From the NCBI GenBank assembly GCA_051294375.1, contig CM119265.1:13384124-13448123 (forward strand): a DNA stretch of 64,000 bases, written 5' to 3'. The notes under the pieces are model-generated. The model had not been told where the DNA came from. It saw nothing but the letters and a program-made list of their open reading frames with translations, and searched no databases. Made by a program: the position numbers and the translations under genes. Source of the stretch: Paraspadella gotoi. Lineage: Eukaryota; Animalia; Chaetognatha. Positions 11,155 to 24,840 of the stretch are shown piece after piece. How positions within the stretch are numbered: position 1 is the stretch's first letter; each line of letters opens with the position of its first letter.

Positions 11155-13070
11155 TTAACCCAGCATGAGGGCCTTGAATTCATCGTAGTCGACCCAGCCG
11201 GATCCATCGGAGTCGATTTCCGAGATCATGTCGTTGAGATCCTGGTCGGTCAGAGTCTACGAGGGAGATGGGAGGGGGAGGAAGGACGAATGAGTTAAAA
11301 TTACCATTTAGCGACGACTCATTTCACAATATCTCACAATCCCGCCCACTCACGTCGTCCAACTTCTGCAGAATCTCCTTGATGACGTCTGTGTGAATCT
11401 CTCCCTTGCCCTCTTTGTCCAAGACTCTGAAGGCTTCCTTGACTTCGACCTCCTCTTGCGCCTCCTTCGTCTTTGTGCGCATCAACTCCATGAACTCGTC
11501 AATGTCCACGGAACCGCCTGCAGAGTGAGGAGGATTAATCGAAGGATCGAGGAGCTCTATAACTAGCGTCAGAGTCGACCAAATTATTACTCTTCAATAT
11601 AATCAATTCGTTTCATCACTATAACAATGCATCTATCAACCAATCGATCAATCATTCTCACCAATTTGTGGCACTCAATTAATCAACTAATAAAATGAGG
11701 TCAACCAACTCGATGATCTTTCAAACTTATCATTAGTCAATCAATCAGTTAACCAATTAATCAATACCTTTTAAAGCCTTCGGGGCAAGCACGCTCAAAC
11801 TTATTATCGTATCAATCAGTTCATTCTCCGATCGAGTTGTCAGTCATCAATTGAAATCCAACTCACCGCCGTCGGCGTCGACCAACTTGATGCACTCCTC
11901 CAACTCTTCGTCGTTGAGCTTGTGACCCAACATCTTCATGACGGTGCCCAGTTCCGAGGTGGGGATCTCTCCCTGGCCTGATCGAGGGAGGGTAGAGCCA
12001 ATTTATTTTCAAACTTTAGGCAGGAATAAAAAAAAAAACTTAAATGAAATCTATCCAACAGATAAATTTCATTGCTTTATTAATTTTTTATATTTTGTAA
12101 TTTACTTTTTATTGATATTCTTATTTCTTTTTCTCATTCTTATTTTAATCTTATCTTTTTCTTATTCGTTTTCTTATTTATTTTATTTTTATTTTTTATT
12201 TTACATTTTTCATTTTTTTGCATCATTTTTCCGATTTTTTGTTGTTGTTTATTCAGCATTATTCAATATCCATTTATTACTATTATTCTTAACTCACCGG
12301 CAGCGTCGAACTTCTTGAAGGCATCCCTGAAGTCGGCCACCTGAAGACAAGCAAACCCAAATTCTTGATTTATAATATCCAAGAATGTATTTAAAACAAA
12401 TTACAAAAAATTCAACGCACTTTAGTAAAATCAGGGTCGAGAGAAAAATAAGTACCTCTCCACCCACAGGAAAAGCTTAAATCAAGAACAGGGTAAATTG
12501 GGATAAAAATTTTTCACGCGGGTCCGTCGTGTACCTGTCTGTCGTGTACCTGGTCGTCTGTCGTGTACCTCTCTCTCGTGTATCTGTCTGTCGTCTGTCG
12601 TGTACCTGGTCGTCTGTCGTGATACCTCTCTCTTCGGTGTATTCTGTCTTGTGCTCTGTCGTTGTACACATGGTCGTTCTGTCGTGTGACCTGTCCCCTG
12701 TGCGTGTACCTTAATCGTTTAGCATGCTTGTACTGTATCCACTGTCCTGTCGTGTACCTAATCGTCTGTCGTATACCCTGTCTGTCGTGTACCTTCGTCT
12801 GTCGTGTACCTCTCTCTCGTGTATCTGTCTGTCGTCTGTCGTGTACCTGTCTGTACCCCTGTCGGTCGTGTACCTGTCGTCATGTGCGTGTACCTGTAAC
12901 TGCGTTCCTGTCGTTCCTTGCTGTAGTGTCGTGTACCTTGAATCGTCTGTCGTGTACCTGTACCTGTCGTTACCTTGGTCCGTCCTATCGTGTACCTGGT
13001 CGTCGCTGAGCTGAAAGTTATCCTCCTCCTCCTCGTCCTCTTCCTCTTCGTGCGAGGGATCGTCGGGCAT
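11155..13070 (-). CDS. TnC: Troponin C (invertebrate type, calmodulin-family 4 EF-hand protein)
   Basis: Exons 13070-12996 ([25 protein letters not shown]), 12340-12298, 11977-11867, 11517-11354 and 11256-11155 (..[21 protein letters not shown]), all GT-AG with matching phases. EF2 [12 protein letters not shown] and EF4 [12 protein letters not shown] are canonical; EF1 [12 protein letters not shown] and EF3 [12 protein letters not shown] are degenerate. This is the site II/IV pattern of protostome troponin C. A probable 5'UTR exon ends aag|gtgaat near 13508. Confidence 0.88.
12520..12995 (-). repeat. Degenerate minisatellite of (c)aggtacacgac units filling troponin C coding intron 1
   Basis: Plus strand repeats gtcgtgtacct(g) many times; on the gene strand this matches the exon|intron junction gacgaccag|gtacacga. 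Confidence 0.85.
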
Positions 13071-13133
13071 GTTGAGGTTTTGGTTTCGAAGGAGGAAAGA
13101 AAAACTGGAGGAAAGGAGAAAAGAAAAAAAAAT

Positions 13134-13225
13134 GATTAAGCGACGATAAGAAATTGGTAAAATAAATATNNNNNNNNNNNAAAAAAATAATTAAGCGACG
13201 ATAAGAAATTGGTAAAATAAATATA
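13134..13225. other. 11-N assembly gap (13170-13180) with a short flanking duplication
   Basis: attaagcgacgataagaaattggtaaaataaatat occurs on both sides of the gap. Confidence 0.85.
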
Positions 13226-15015
13226 ATAATTCTTCGTTCATTCAATAAACAAGCTGCTTATACGTATATATGTAGATATATTTAATCCGCGCGAAAGCCC
13301 GAGCTTATTTAACGTCATTCGTAGCTATGTTTTTAAATTTTTTTTGTTTTTCCGTGTGGTTTTTTATGTTTTTCCATTATTATTTTTTTTCTAATTTAAT
13401 TTTTTTTTCTTCGTGAATAGACAAAACGTCAATGAAATTGTGCATCGTAATAATTTAAACTTGTTTATTTTTTCATTTTCTTTTATAAAAAAAAAATAAT
13501 AATTCACCTTTAGTTTTGATTTTGTTCTTGACTCCGGGTGAATTTCGAGTGGGAGTCGCTGGCGCGGAGCCGCTATTAAATGAGATCAAAGAGGATGAGG
13601 AGAGGGAGGGAGGCGAAGGACAAACCCGCCAGGGGAAACAAACGCAAGGCAACAAAAAAAGTTAATAAATCACGGGGAAAATTAACCATCGGGAAGGGCT
13701 TCAAATGAGGAGACGATTGAGAAAAAACCACCGACCATTTAGTATTTATATCCACGAAAAAGAGTCGTTACTTCAGCAAAGATATACCATTTATCCGAGT
13801 AAAAGTCAAAATTTAAACCGCGAAATAATATTTTATTCAGACCAGCCGCGGATGAACTTCGAATAAAAATATATGTGTCTTTTTCTCCTTCGATCGAGAG
13901 TTACCTTCGCGGGTTTATCGCTCTCCTAAGACCCCAACCCACCGATGGTCTCCTGTCCCACCTTCGCTGGCCCCTCCGCCCCCAAACGACTCCCCATCCA
14001 CAGGCCAGGGTCGTCGAGCCGGCTGCTATATTTCGATTTCCGCAACGAGACTAGAAAATCCAAAATTATCTTTTTCGACGAAAACAAAAAAAAGCTTTTT
14101 TCGTCGACTGCGGCAAAAATCGGTGATCGCGCGGATGGGGGGGGGGAGAGGCACGTGAGCTTGGATGTTCATCACGTGATCGTTGATCGAGGATGGTGAG
14201 ATGAAAAGAAATGAGCGATTGTGACAAATATTAGACTTATTTGTTTTGTTTTTTGTTTTGGATCTAGTGATATTTTTTTTATAAGTAGAAAAAATTGGGT
14301 AAGATCAATAATAGTTATATTAAATCGTTTTTTCATCGTTCGAAGTGACGAATTGTTCCCAGATCAGACGACACTTTGCAGCATAAAACCGCAGGAAACT
14401 GCAATAAGAACCAAGAAAGAGAAAGAAGGCAAAAGACGTCTTCGGCTGTAGTACATGAGGCTAAAAACAATATTTTCTCTCTCTTCTAATAACATGAAGT
14501 CGCTTCGAACAGATTTTCATGGACAAATTGACTGAAAAATTGACCTTAAGAATCCTAAATCCTGCTGCATATTTTTAGTTCATTATCCTTGCATTCATTC
14601 GCTCATGGGTAATCATTTATCATTGAAAATCATTCTCTCTCTCTCTCTCTCTCTTGCGCGTCTTCTCTCATCCTCTCTCGTGCGTCTCTCCTCTGCGTGG
14701 CTCCGTCTCGTCTCTTGCTCCTCATCCTGCTCATCTCCTCGTCTGCTTCTGTCTCTGTCTATGTCTTCTCTCTGGGCTCATCTCTCGAAGGCCTGCTGAC
14801 GGCCATTTATTTTGGCTTGTTACGTAATAACGTATTTCATCTTTCTCGCTCTAACGTACCTGATATTTCCTGTGCACTAAACGTAATAGTCGAAAAGGCT
14901 TTTCTGTCATATCTTAACCCTATGCTTTAAAGTCTCCTAGTCATTAAGCCCAGTACGCCCTCTTGCGTCAACCGAATGGTTTTTTTTTTGCTAAGCCTCA
15001 CAATATCCCAAGACG

Positions 15016-15058
<43 letters not shown>

Positions 15059-15154
15059 TAACTCCCGGATGTAAACAAACGTCAACGACGTTTGATCTTC
15101 GTCCTCGTCGACGTCGTCGTAGTCCGCAATACGCGAAATAGAATCTAAATTTAA

Positions 15155-15195
<41 letters not shown>

Positions 15196-16734
15196 GAAGA
15201 GAAAGTCTCCTATGAAGCAAATCAGTGATGGGTGAAAACTTTTTTATACGTTGAGTCGTTAAAAATCTTTTTTTTTCGCGGCAAAAACTTGTTTTAAAAC
15301 GTTCTCAGTTGCTGTAATCACAAACGTAATATTTTCGCATACAAACAATTAGTCATAGCAAAAATGTATGATATATAAATTACAATCGTTTCGGCTGATG
15401 ACAACTGATTCAAGGATGCAAAATTCATTCTAATGATGGCGAATAGAGAGGATTAAGTCCAACAACGACGACGACGACGACGACGACGACAACCTCCCAA
15501 ATCGAAATTCATTTTTTACGCGAGTCGCCTGCCAAAGCCACGGTGCACGTTTGGTTACGCGTCGCTTTGATCCAAATGGATTTATTTTCCATTTCGCGCC
15601 ATCAGACTTTTCCGCTTTGGCTGCCGAATTCTTCCAGACGAAATTTTGAACCGAGATTTTAAAAATAACGTCTAAATATTTATTCAAAATTCACGATCAA
15701 AATCCATAAAACGATCGATGAAACTCCCAGGAAATCAATCAATTAGTCGTGAAATAAATCACAAAATTAAAACTTTAAAAGTTATTTAGTCCCAAAAAGT
15801 CAGACCGGTTTTACAACTCATGCTGTCGCAAAATGCACAGTGAGGCACACTGGAAAAAAAAAGTAGCCGAGATAGGATAATGAGAGTGCGCACCCTAAAT
15901 TAACCCTTGAAAAAAAGTCATAATTGATGATTTCAGAAAATGAGTAAGAGGTCAAGAGAGGCAGTCCTCTTTTAGCTCATCTCAGTTACTTGCCGAAAAA
16001 AAAGTGCTTTAAGAAAAAAGTAATGAAGACAGTCATAATACTTAAGGGCTCGAACTACGTGATGATTTCAAAAACTTTCCGACGAGCATTAGAAGGGTTG
16101 TTTTGGCTGGCATCTAGGAAAAAAGCGCAGGCTCGTAAAGTTCATTACAAGAACCGTTAAGAGAAATGCTACTGAAGAGTAAAAATGCTTCACGAAAGTT
16201 TAAATAATTTAAAAACAAAGGCGCCATCTAGTTTTTTTTTTAAATTCTTCAAGTCTTAATTGAGCCCCATTTTTTAGTTAAAGCAAATGCCCATTGTGCC
16301 ATTGTACTGTCTTTTTCTTTATTTAAATATTTCCACAATGCGTAGGTAATTTTCAAGGTAGTTTTCACCGCCGTTAATTTCTATTCTTCCTTTCGCTTTT
16401 TTTTTTTGCCGTAATTAAAACATGGCAACAAGAGCCGACATTTTCTCTTGAGTTATTGCGCCATTTTCTCGTTATAATTAGCTCCGTTCGTTTTTTCCGA
16501 ACTGTTTTAGTTTTTTTATACGGAAAAGACAAGAGTTTTTTAAACTCTAAATAAAAAGTGATACAAATATATACAAGCGTCATAATGACTATAACGTTTG
16601 TGGAATATATGAGAAAGAGTTTATTTTTATTTTTGAAGTTTTTTGTAGCGGTTCATAACTTTATATTTAAAACATGGAAACTAATATGAACGAAGAAAGT
16701 GAAACACATTACAATACACATACATCAGAGCTAT

Positions 16735-16920
16735 CAGAACTTGCCAAAAATTTAAAGTTTTTGACGTAATATAAAGGTTTGTTATTTCGTAACAATCGTA
16801 ACAATCCATTACCCTATTTTTTACAAAATTAAAAAATTAAAAAATAATTACAGGAAATGCTGCCAACTTTTTAAAAATGCAGAAAAACTGAAAAATTAGG
16901 GTATTTCTTTCATATCTTGA
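16735..16920 (+). mobile_element. Diverged remnant related to the end of the hAT-like element at 31587
   Basis: cagaacttgccaaaaatttaaagtttttga and aaatgctgccaactttttaaaaatg resemble tagaccttgccatatatgaaaagttttga and aaatgctgccaactttgaaaaaaatg. Confidence 0.45.
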
Positions 16921-18159
16921 ATTGCATTAATGATTCATATAGTTTTAATTTGACAATACCTGGCTTCTTTTTTCATCTTCCCAACTAAATTCTGGTGTTC
17001 AAAAGAAGCGGACTCATAATATGCGTCAACACCGCCTAGGGCGCTAATTTTTTTGCAGGATTCATGTCTCAGGGTGCAAAAGACCTGAAGTTTATGCGAT
17101 AAATTCGGGAAGGGAAATAACAGATGGAGAGGGAGTGAGAGGAGAAAGAGAAAGAGGAGGAAGGAGTAAAGGAACCGAGAAACCTATTCTCATGGGAAAG
17201 CTTTATTTGTGATGATGAAATTCAATCATTAATTTCTCAAAAAAACAAAAAAAAATCGAATATCAAAGAAAATTCGATTTTCTACTTATTACTTTTAATT
17301 TAGTATAACACAAAAAAAACATTTTATTGCGCTTTTGTTACACAAAGTTTTTTTTAGGGGACCACCCACCCTCAGCCTTTCTCACGCCTCGAGATCGGTG
17401 ATCAAGATGAAATGAAAAAAAAAATCGCATGGGAAAAGTGCAGCTGCAAACAAACAAGAAGTCTTTTGAGAAAAGTTCAATTTGTCGAAAAGTCGCAATG
17501 TCAAAAAACTTGCGGGGGCAAAAACTCGGTATACAAACAAAAAGTTTTTTTTTTTCTGACATAAAAGAAACAAAAAGTAAGTAAGAGAAGCTATAAAATC
17601 GTGACAGTTTAAAAATATTGTTTGAAAAATGAATGTAGAAAACCTTGTTTCGATTTTTCCATGTTTTTTCTATTCTCTTCTCCGCTGCTCTCTTCTCTTT
17701 TCTTTTCTTTTCTTTTCTTTTCTTTTTTTTTCTTCTTCTCTCGTGTCTTCTCTTCTCTACTCTCTTCTCTTCTCTTCTCTTCTCTTCTCTTTTCTCTTCT
17801 CTTCTCTCTCTCTTCTCTTTCTCATTCTCTCTTCTTCTTCTCTTCTCTTCCGATTTTCTCATTTGCATTTCATAAATTAAACGCAATTGATTTTAACCGT
17901 AGCACAGTAATATTGCGAAATGGGAATTAGTATTTCACCAGCTGTTTCTCTTCGGCCTTCTTCCTCTTCTCTTCTCTTTCTCTCTTCTTCTCTTCTCTTC
18001 TCTCTTCTCGTTCTTCTTCGGTCTTCTCTTCTTCTTGCTCTTCCGATTTTCTCATTGGCGAATTTCATAAATTAAATCAATTGGTGATTTTACCGTACAC
18101 AGTATATTTCGAATATTGATTAACATAGTTTGAAATTGACACCAAGCTTAAAGGTCGGG

Positions 18160-20594
18160 ATGTTTCAACTCTATTTCTACCTGACGGTTTTATTGGCTGG
18201 GGCGGTAACAGCGGCCCCAAATCGAAATACCAGGTTAGTCGGTTTTTTTCCCCAGTTGTTAATAATTTTTCCTGCTCATTCTCGTGCACTCGCGAAACCC
18301 TAAGCGCTGCCGTCAACGGCCGCAATTGCGGTTACACCCGCTACGGAACGGCGAGCGATAAAATAGTCGGAGGGCACAACGTTCGACCCAACGAATTTCC
18401 GTGGCTCGTGTCCCTGTGGATGGATTATCCCAAGTATCAGGTCAAGAGCAAGAGTTTCGTCAAGTTCCTTTTTTTTCCCCAGCTATTATTAATTTTAAAC
18501 CTAGAGTAGCTTGTTAATTCGAAGCTACCTTCGGTCCGAAGGTACAAAATAGAATTTCTTTCGTTTAGATGTTTAATTTTAAAACGTCATTCATAGCTTA
18601 TGCTATGCTTATGTTATGGTATTTATAAAACTAACTATGCGTCTCTTTGCCCGATAACTTTTGAGAATCTAATAAATTTAGTGATAAATGTAATAGTTTT
18701 TACTGCGATTACTGTAAATAGAAAACTATCTTATATGGTACAGATCGATGCTCACCTTTGTGGCGGAACGCTGATACATCCGCGATACATACTCACCGCT
18801 GCTCACTGCACCATTGAATTTGGAGGACCAGAGTTCGAAAACCCTCAAGTTTGGAAGGTCAATTTTTACTTATTCATTCTTACTTTTTCATTAATTAAAT
18901 ATTAATCTGAATACAATGGAGAGTCTGAAGACCATTCGAGATCGAAGAGTTTCGTATTACATAAATGTATAATATTATTAATATTTAATGTTGTAAACTG
19001 TCTCACAATTGTATAAAAACAAATGAGATTTGCACAAAATGGCGTCTGTCTCTATTTGGACTTTACTCTTTGAGTAATCTGAGCGTCATTTTTACCTTTC
19101 CCAGCCTATAACTGATTTAAATCCTGAATTGAATGTAATATAAAGCGCATCCAAGGACCAATGAGAAAAAAATGTTGGTGAGGAGACGAGAAAAACAAAG
19201 CGAGAGACTGAGACAGAGAATGCCCCCCCCAAAAAAAATGAGATCAGCTCAGACTCGGTGTGCGGGGAGAGTTTGGTCAAAACTTCTCGGGTTGCAGAAG
19301 AAGGCGACAAATTTAATTTCCGATGAGTGACTTTTGTGGACACGAAGAGAGAAACTGCAAATTAAAAAGAAAAAAAAGGAAAAGAAATTGAAAAGAGGGG
19401 GAAAAAAGAAAGAAGGGTAAAATAAAGAAAAAAACAAGGTGAAAAATAAAAATAATAAATTTTCAAAAAACCCACAGGAGCTATAAATTATTAAGATAAT
19501 TATATATTATATGTATAGTTATATATATATATAGATATGATTGAATATGGTACAACAATATAGAAATTTCATTCATTTAATAAATAAGTCTATCTTGCCC
19601 CTGACTTTGGACAGGTTTTGGTGGTTTAAGCGCTCCATCACTCTTACAAGATAATGACATAGCAGGTCCCTGCATATATAATTTCGCTCAGGCTTTGATC
19701 GCCCCGCACGACCTCACCGACATTTCACCGCCGTCGAAATTCGTGAAAATCGAGAAAATCGTGACTCACGACTTCGGAATTCTCTCGAAGGAAAACGACA
19801 TCGCGATTTGGAAATTGGCCGAACCCGTCACAGTCGACGAAGACGAGTTAGTCGACGCCCCCCTCCCCCCCCCAAAAAAAAGAGTCAGACCCCGACTAAT
19901 TAGCTGTCTCTCCGTCTCTTTCTTTTTCCCCCTCCCTCGCTCACGCGCATGCACACACGCACGCACGCACACACCAAAAAGAGGAGTGACGAAGGGAGAG
20001 AAATCAAAAGTGAAAGTATTATTAGTTTGAAAAGAGAAATGACGTTGAAGAGAATAAGATGCTTCATCCTTTGGTTTTTAATTCTTTTCCTTCCATTCAG
20101 TTTATCATTCCGATGAATTTTATTTATGAAATTGGTACAACCAATATAAAAATTATCATTCATTTAATAAAGTAACTATCTTGCCCCTGACTTTGGCACA
20201 GGCTTTGGTGGTTTTAAGGCCTCCATCACTCTTACAAGATAATAACATCAGCGGTCTCAGCAAGACTGTTTCAATCAAGACTCTCTCACAAATCTCGTTA
20301 TGTTAAGTTGTTTTATAAATCATTAAAGTCTCTCTCTCTCTCTCTCTCTTCTTCTCTCTCTCTCTCCTCTTCTCTCCATTGGACGGGTCAATACGCTCTG
20401 CTCCCTGACATCGTCCCAGCTTCTTACTCGTTAGACTGTCCAAGCTGCAGTGTACCGTAGCTGGATTTGGAGCATTGAAGGAAGACGGCGCGCAGCGACA
20501 ATTTTGCAGAGGTGATGAGAAAAAAATATCATTCTGTCTCTGGCTGTGTTCTCTTTCTCTCTCTCTATCTATTTTGTTTCTCTCTATAATGAGG

Positions 20595-20676
<82 letters not shown>

Positions 20677-21364
20677 CTCTCTCTCCATCGAAAACTCAGC
20701 GATGAGGCCATCCCGGCGCTTTATTTCTTCGCTGGGGACAGTGAACTCCATTTAAACGGATTAAACCCCCGCCAAGTCGAGTGTACTAAAGCTGTCTTCG
20801 GCAACCTTAAAGGAAAAAAAAAATGAATTTCAGTATATTACTTTTTTTTACAAAATAATTACTGTAACTACTGTATTTTTTTTCCTTTACTTTTGAATTT
20901 TTAAGAAAGGACGCTGGAACTATATCGTTTCAATTTTTTTTCTTTTCGTAAAAATACAATTTTATTTATTTCTTTTATTTGATAAAAATTTAGAAATCAC
21001 ACAAAATCCGTTAAAACAATGTCCGATCTTATCCGACACGTCGACCCTTTTTACCCCACACCTCGTTCTCGATTTCGATGGAAAGTCCCAGCCCAGACAA
21101 CCCTACACAACACCCTTTCCCTCTGAACACCCTCTTACCCGCTAAGGCCGTCGAGTTGCCTCGTGAGTCTCCAGGGAAAAGTGTCGCCAGTTTTATCCTT
21201 TTGGAATTTGGAAGCCGAGGAAAATCCATGACTCCAACGTTTGTGCGGGATTCGAGGAAGGAGCGAAGGACGCCTGTCAGGTGAGATGGAAAAGGAGAGA
21301 GAGAGAGAGAGATTGTGCGGGATTCGCAGGAGAGGAGCAAAGGACGCCTGTCAGGTGAGATGAA

Positions 21365-21400
<36 letters not shown>

Positions 21401-21495
21401 AGAGAGAAGAGAGAGAGAGAGGACGAGAGAGAGGAGAGAGGAGATTGTGCGGGATTCGAGGAAGGAGCGAAGGACGTCTGTCAGTGTGAGATGAA

Positions 21496-21554
<59 letters not shown>

Positions 21555-21603
21555 GTGCGGGATTCGAGGAAGGAGCGAAGGACGTCTGTTCAGGTGAGAT
21601 GAA

Positions 21604-21648
<45 letters not shown>

Positions 21649-22290
21649 GAAAAGGGAGGAAGGAAGGAGGGAATAAAGGAAGGGAGGAATTGAAAGAGAA
21701 GGAAGGAAAAAAGGAAGGAAGGAAGGAAGGAAGGAAGGAAGGAAGGAAGGAGAGAAATGAGATGGGAAGAAGGTAAAAGAGAAAGATAGAAGGAAAAAAA
21801 TAATAAATGAAAGAGAAGAAAGAAAGGAAAAAAAGATTAAAACCAAGAAAATAAAGAAGGAAACAAAGAAAAAGAAAAATAAACAAAAACCAAAATCCAT
21901 ATAAAAAATGGTTGAAAAAACTTTTATTCTGTTTTAAACAGTATTCAACTTTTAAAATTATTTTTTGCATCGGAAATGTCTGGTAAAAAAGCAGAAGAGA
22001 AAATTTTGCTTATTACTTTTAACTGCTTTCATTAACATTTAAACTTTTATATACCAAAACGGTTTTGAAAACCGGAACTTCAACTCTTTCCAATCATCAT
22101 CCATCACCCACAGGGCGACAGCGGCGGCCCCTTCATGTGTCTCGACCCGCGAATCGGGCGCTACTTTCTCGGAGGCGTCGTGTCCTGGGGCAACGGCTGC
22201 GCCCGCGCCAAGAACCCGGGCGTCTTCACGGACCCCAGGGCCTTTCTGGGGTGGATTCGGGAGAAAGTGGCTCAGATGGAGAGCGAGTGA
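18160..22290 (+). CDS. Secreted trypsin-like (S1A) serine protease zymogen
   Basis: Exon 18160-18233 signal peptide [18 protein letters not shown]. 18305-18440 ..[23 protein letters not shown]. 18744-18857 [19 protein letters not shown]. 19692-19846 ENDIAIWKL. ~20385-20511 [11 protein letters not shown] (indels). ~21147-21280 [13 protein letters not shown]. 22114-22290 [28 protein letters not shown]. Intact H/D/S triad and S1 Asp. Confidence 0.93.
19548..19665 (-). repeat. Short dispersed repeat family, copy 2
   Basis: Reverse complement of 6362-6484 (tatcttgcccctgactttggacagg..ctccatcactcttacaagataat). Confidence 0.85.
20122..20300 (-). repeat. Short dispersed repeat family, copy 3 (longest)
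   Basis: atgaaattggtacaaccaatataaaaattatc..ttgcccctgactttgg..ctccatcactcttacaagataat..ttcaatcaagactctc. Confidence 0.85.
21241..21642 (+). repeat. Four tandem copies of the protease exon 3' end + donor + (GA)n
   Basis: ttgtgcgggattcgaggaaggagcgaaggacgcctgtcag|gtgagatg at 21241 (true exon end), ~21313, ~21445 and ~21553, each followed by a GA run. Confidence 0.88.
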
Positions 22291-22413
22291 AACGAGCGTG
22301 AAGAGAGGGAGTCGTCGGAAGAAGTAATTAGGAGGGAGATGGGGGGGGGGAAATTAGGCTAGAAAAACTGGCCGAGAATTGAAGAATGAAAGAAGGAAGG
22401 GAAACGGGAGAGA

Positions 22414-22496
22414 AGGACGAACGGACGAACGGACGAACGGACGGACGGAAGAACGGACGAACGGACGAACGGACGAACGGACGAACGGACGAACAA
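22414..22496 (+). repeat. (GGACGAAC)n octamer repeat in the protease 3' region
   Basis: Direct tandem repeats visible. Confidence 0.85.
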
Positions 22497-22646
22497 CGAC
22501 CATAGAAATGATAAGGGACTAGGTCAGCAGGGAGAAATGAGGGGATCGTGAGTGGAATGTGGGAAAATAGTATGAGAAATTTTAACTTTCGTGGTATAAA
22601 GAAGATGGAGGGAAAAATAACGGGAAAGATTAAAACAGAGAGAGAG

Positions 22647-22691
<45 letters not shown>

Positions 22692-22695
22692 TCTC

Positions 22696-22727
<32 letters not shown>

Positions 22728-24493
22728 CTCTCGCTGAGAATTTTTCATTGATAATGTCCTTCGCATTTGTAATTAATGAAATAAAAATTCGCATTATCGT
22801 TCTTTTTTACTATCCAGTTTTTATGTATGAATAGTAGAAATATATAAAGACTGTTGCTGTTATATATTTACAGTGCCGCATTTCAGTAATAGGATATTTT
22901 TGGTCGGTTACTCACTCACTCACTCACTCACTCAGTTGTCACCTTATATTTTATCTTATTGCTTAAATCCCTATATTCAGTATTTCCTTTCTCGCTTCTA
23001 CTGGATTTACAGTATCGGTTGAAAACTCACCTTGTACTCAATTTTTATTTATTTTTATCAATTTTTGATAGATTTTCTACTAAGTTTTCTTTTTTTTTTT
23101 TCTTTTCTTTCATTTTCTCTGACTGATTGCTTATTCGCCCTTCGCATCTCAACTGCAGTCCTTCTCCGTCTTAATGGATGTCCTTTCATTCTGCTTCAGC
23201 GTCCTTCATCTCTCCCCTCAGATTCTTTCTTTCTTTCCTTTTTGTTATTTTTTTTCTCTTTCTTTCTTTCTTTTTTTTTCTTTCTTTCTTTTATTCTTTT
23301 CTGTTTTATTCTTTCTTTCCATCTCTCATTTTCTGTCTACTTACTTTCTCGGTATTTTACTATTTGTTTGGTAGTATCTTTTATTTTCTCCTTTTTTCTT
23401 TCTTCCTTTTTTTCTTTCATTCATCCCTTTTTTCTCGTCTTCTTTTTAATATTTCATTTCCCCCTTACTCCTTAATTCCATTCCATTCCATTCTCTTATC
23501 TATTTTTTTTTTTTTATTCGCAACTCTCGATTTCGGTCTTTTCCCACTCATTCTCTGAATTACGCGCGTCCATTTTAATGGAAATTCTATTATCATGCGG
23601 TAATTCTTCTTTTTATTGCCCGCTTTACTCTCACCCTCGCTCCTTCCGAAAAAAAATAAAAATTTCCCCCTTTTTCTTTTTCCTCTTTCTCTCCTTTTCT
23701 CGTTTTCTTTCTTCTTTTTCTCCTCTTCCTCTTTCTCTTCCTCCGCCTTAAGCTTTTATTCATCTTTCCTCCCTTTCAATCTCATTCCTCTCCCCTTGGC
23801 ACAAGTTCTCTCAGGCTAAGAACTCAATTTTTTTCCCCCTCTCCTCCGTCTCTCCACCACCCCACCCCCCTTTTTTCTCTTTCTTTAATTTTCACTCTTT
23901 CGGGGTCTCCTTTGATTACTCAATCTCCTCCTATTATTTTTCTCTTTCCCTAATGATTTTTAAAACTGCGACATTCGTGGTTCATTTGTTTGGCTTTCAG
24001 TTTAAGCCTCTGATAAAAAAATAAATAGGACGATTATCTATAGGTTTTTTCGTATTTTATACTCAGCCGTCTGATAATATTAGTCTAATTCATCAAAAAA
24101 AAAAATCAACAAAAGAGATTTCTGTAATCCTGCAAGTTTTTTTTTTTCCTACAGTAGCATCTGAGACTGCAAGCGCTGTGACTAAATAATTTTGTTTAGA
24201 CAGTTGTTTTTTTTGAAAAATTGTTGTTAAATATTATTCATTTGTCTCGAACCCTTTCCAGTATATCATCATTTTCGTAGCCACTTAACTAGAAAAGAAT
24301 TATGGATTTTAGTTGTAACGCCTTCGCTACTCGAAATAATCTTTTGGGTAGAATTCTTCTTCGCGTCTGAGAAGCATAAAAATGAAGAAGTGCGCTCGGG
24401 TATGCAAATGACATGGTGGAGCAGCGTTATAAAAATTCGCCCCTTTTTTTCCTCTTTTTTGCTTGCTACGTATCTCTCTCTCTATTCCTCTCT

Positions 24494-24554
<61 letters not shown>

Positions 24555-24703
24555 CGCGGAAAAGAATAACAAACGCTCATTTTAAAGACTTGAGTCTTCA
24601 CAGCGCAGCGCAGAAGGCGGTTGGATTCTTCAATAAAATCCATTTTTTCATCGACTCCGTGGCTAGAAATTTAATAGTTTTTCATTTTTATTAAGCACTG
24701 AAA

Positions 24704-24840
<137 letters not shown>

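Noticed and set aside
12477-13014. Cys/Val/Thr-rich ORFs on both strands
   Set aside because: Translations of the troponin C intronic minisatellite.
17730-18110. Imperfect ~200-bp tandem duplication upstream of the protease ATG
   Set aside because: Embedded in TC-rich low-complexity sequence and differing by indels; likely slippage or assembly stutter.
21241-21642. Repeat-spacer pattern as a CRISPR array (also 48315-48520)
   Set aside because: Eukaryotic context, spacers are microsatellite or degenerate copies, and there are no cas genes.
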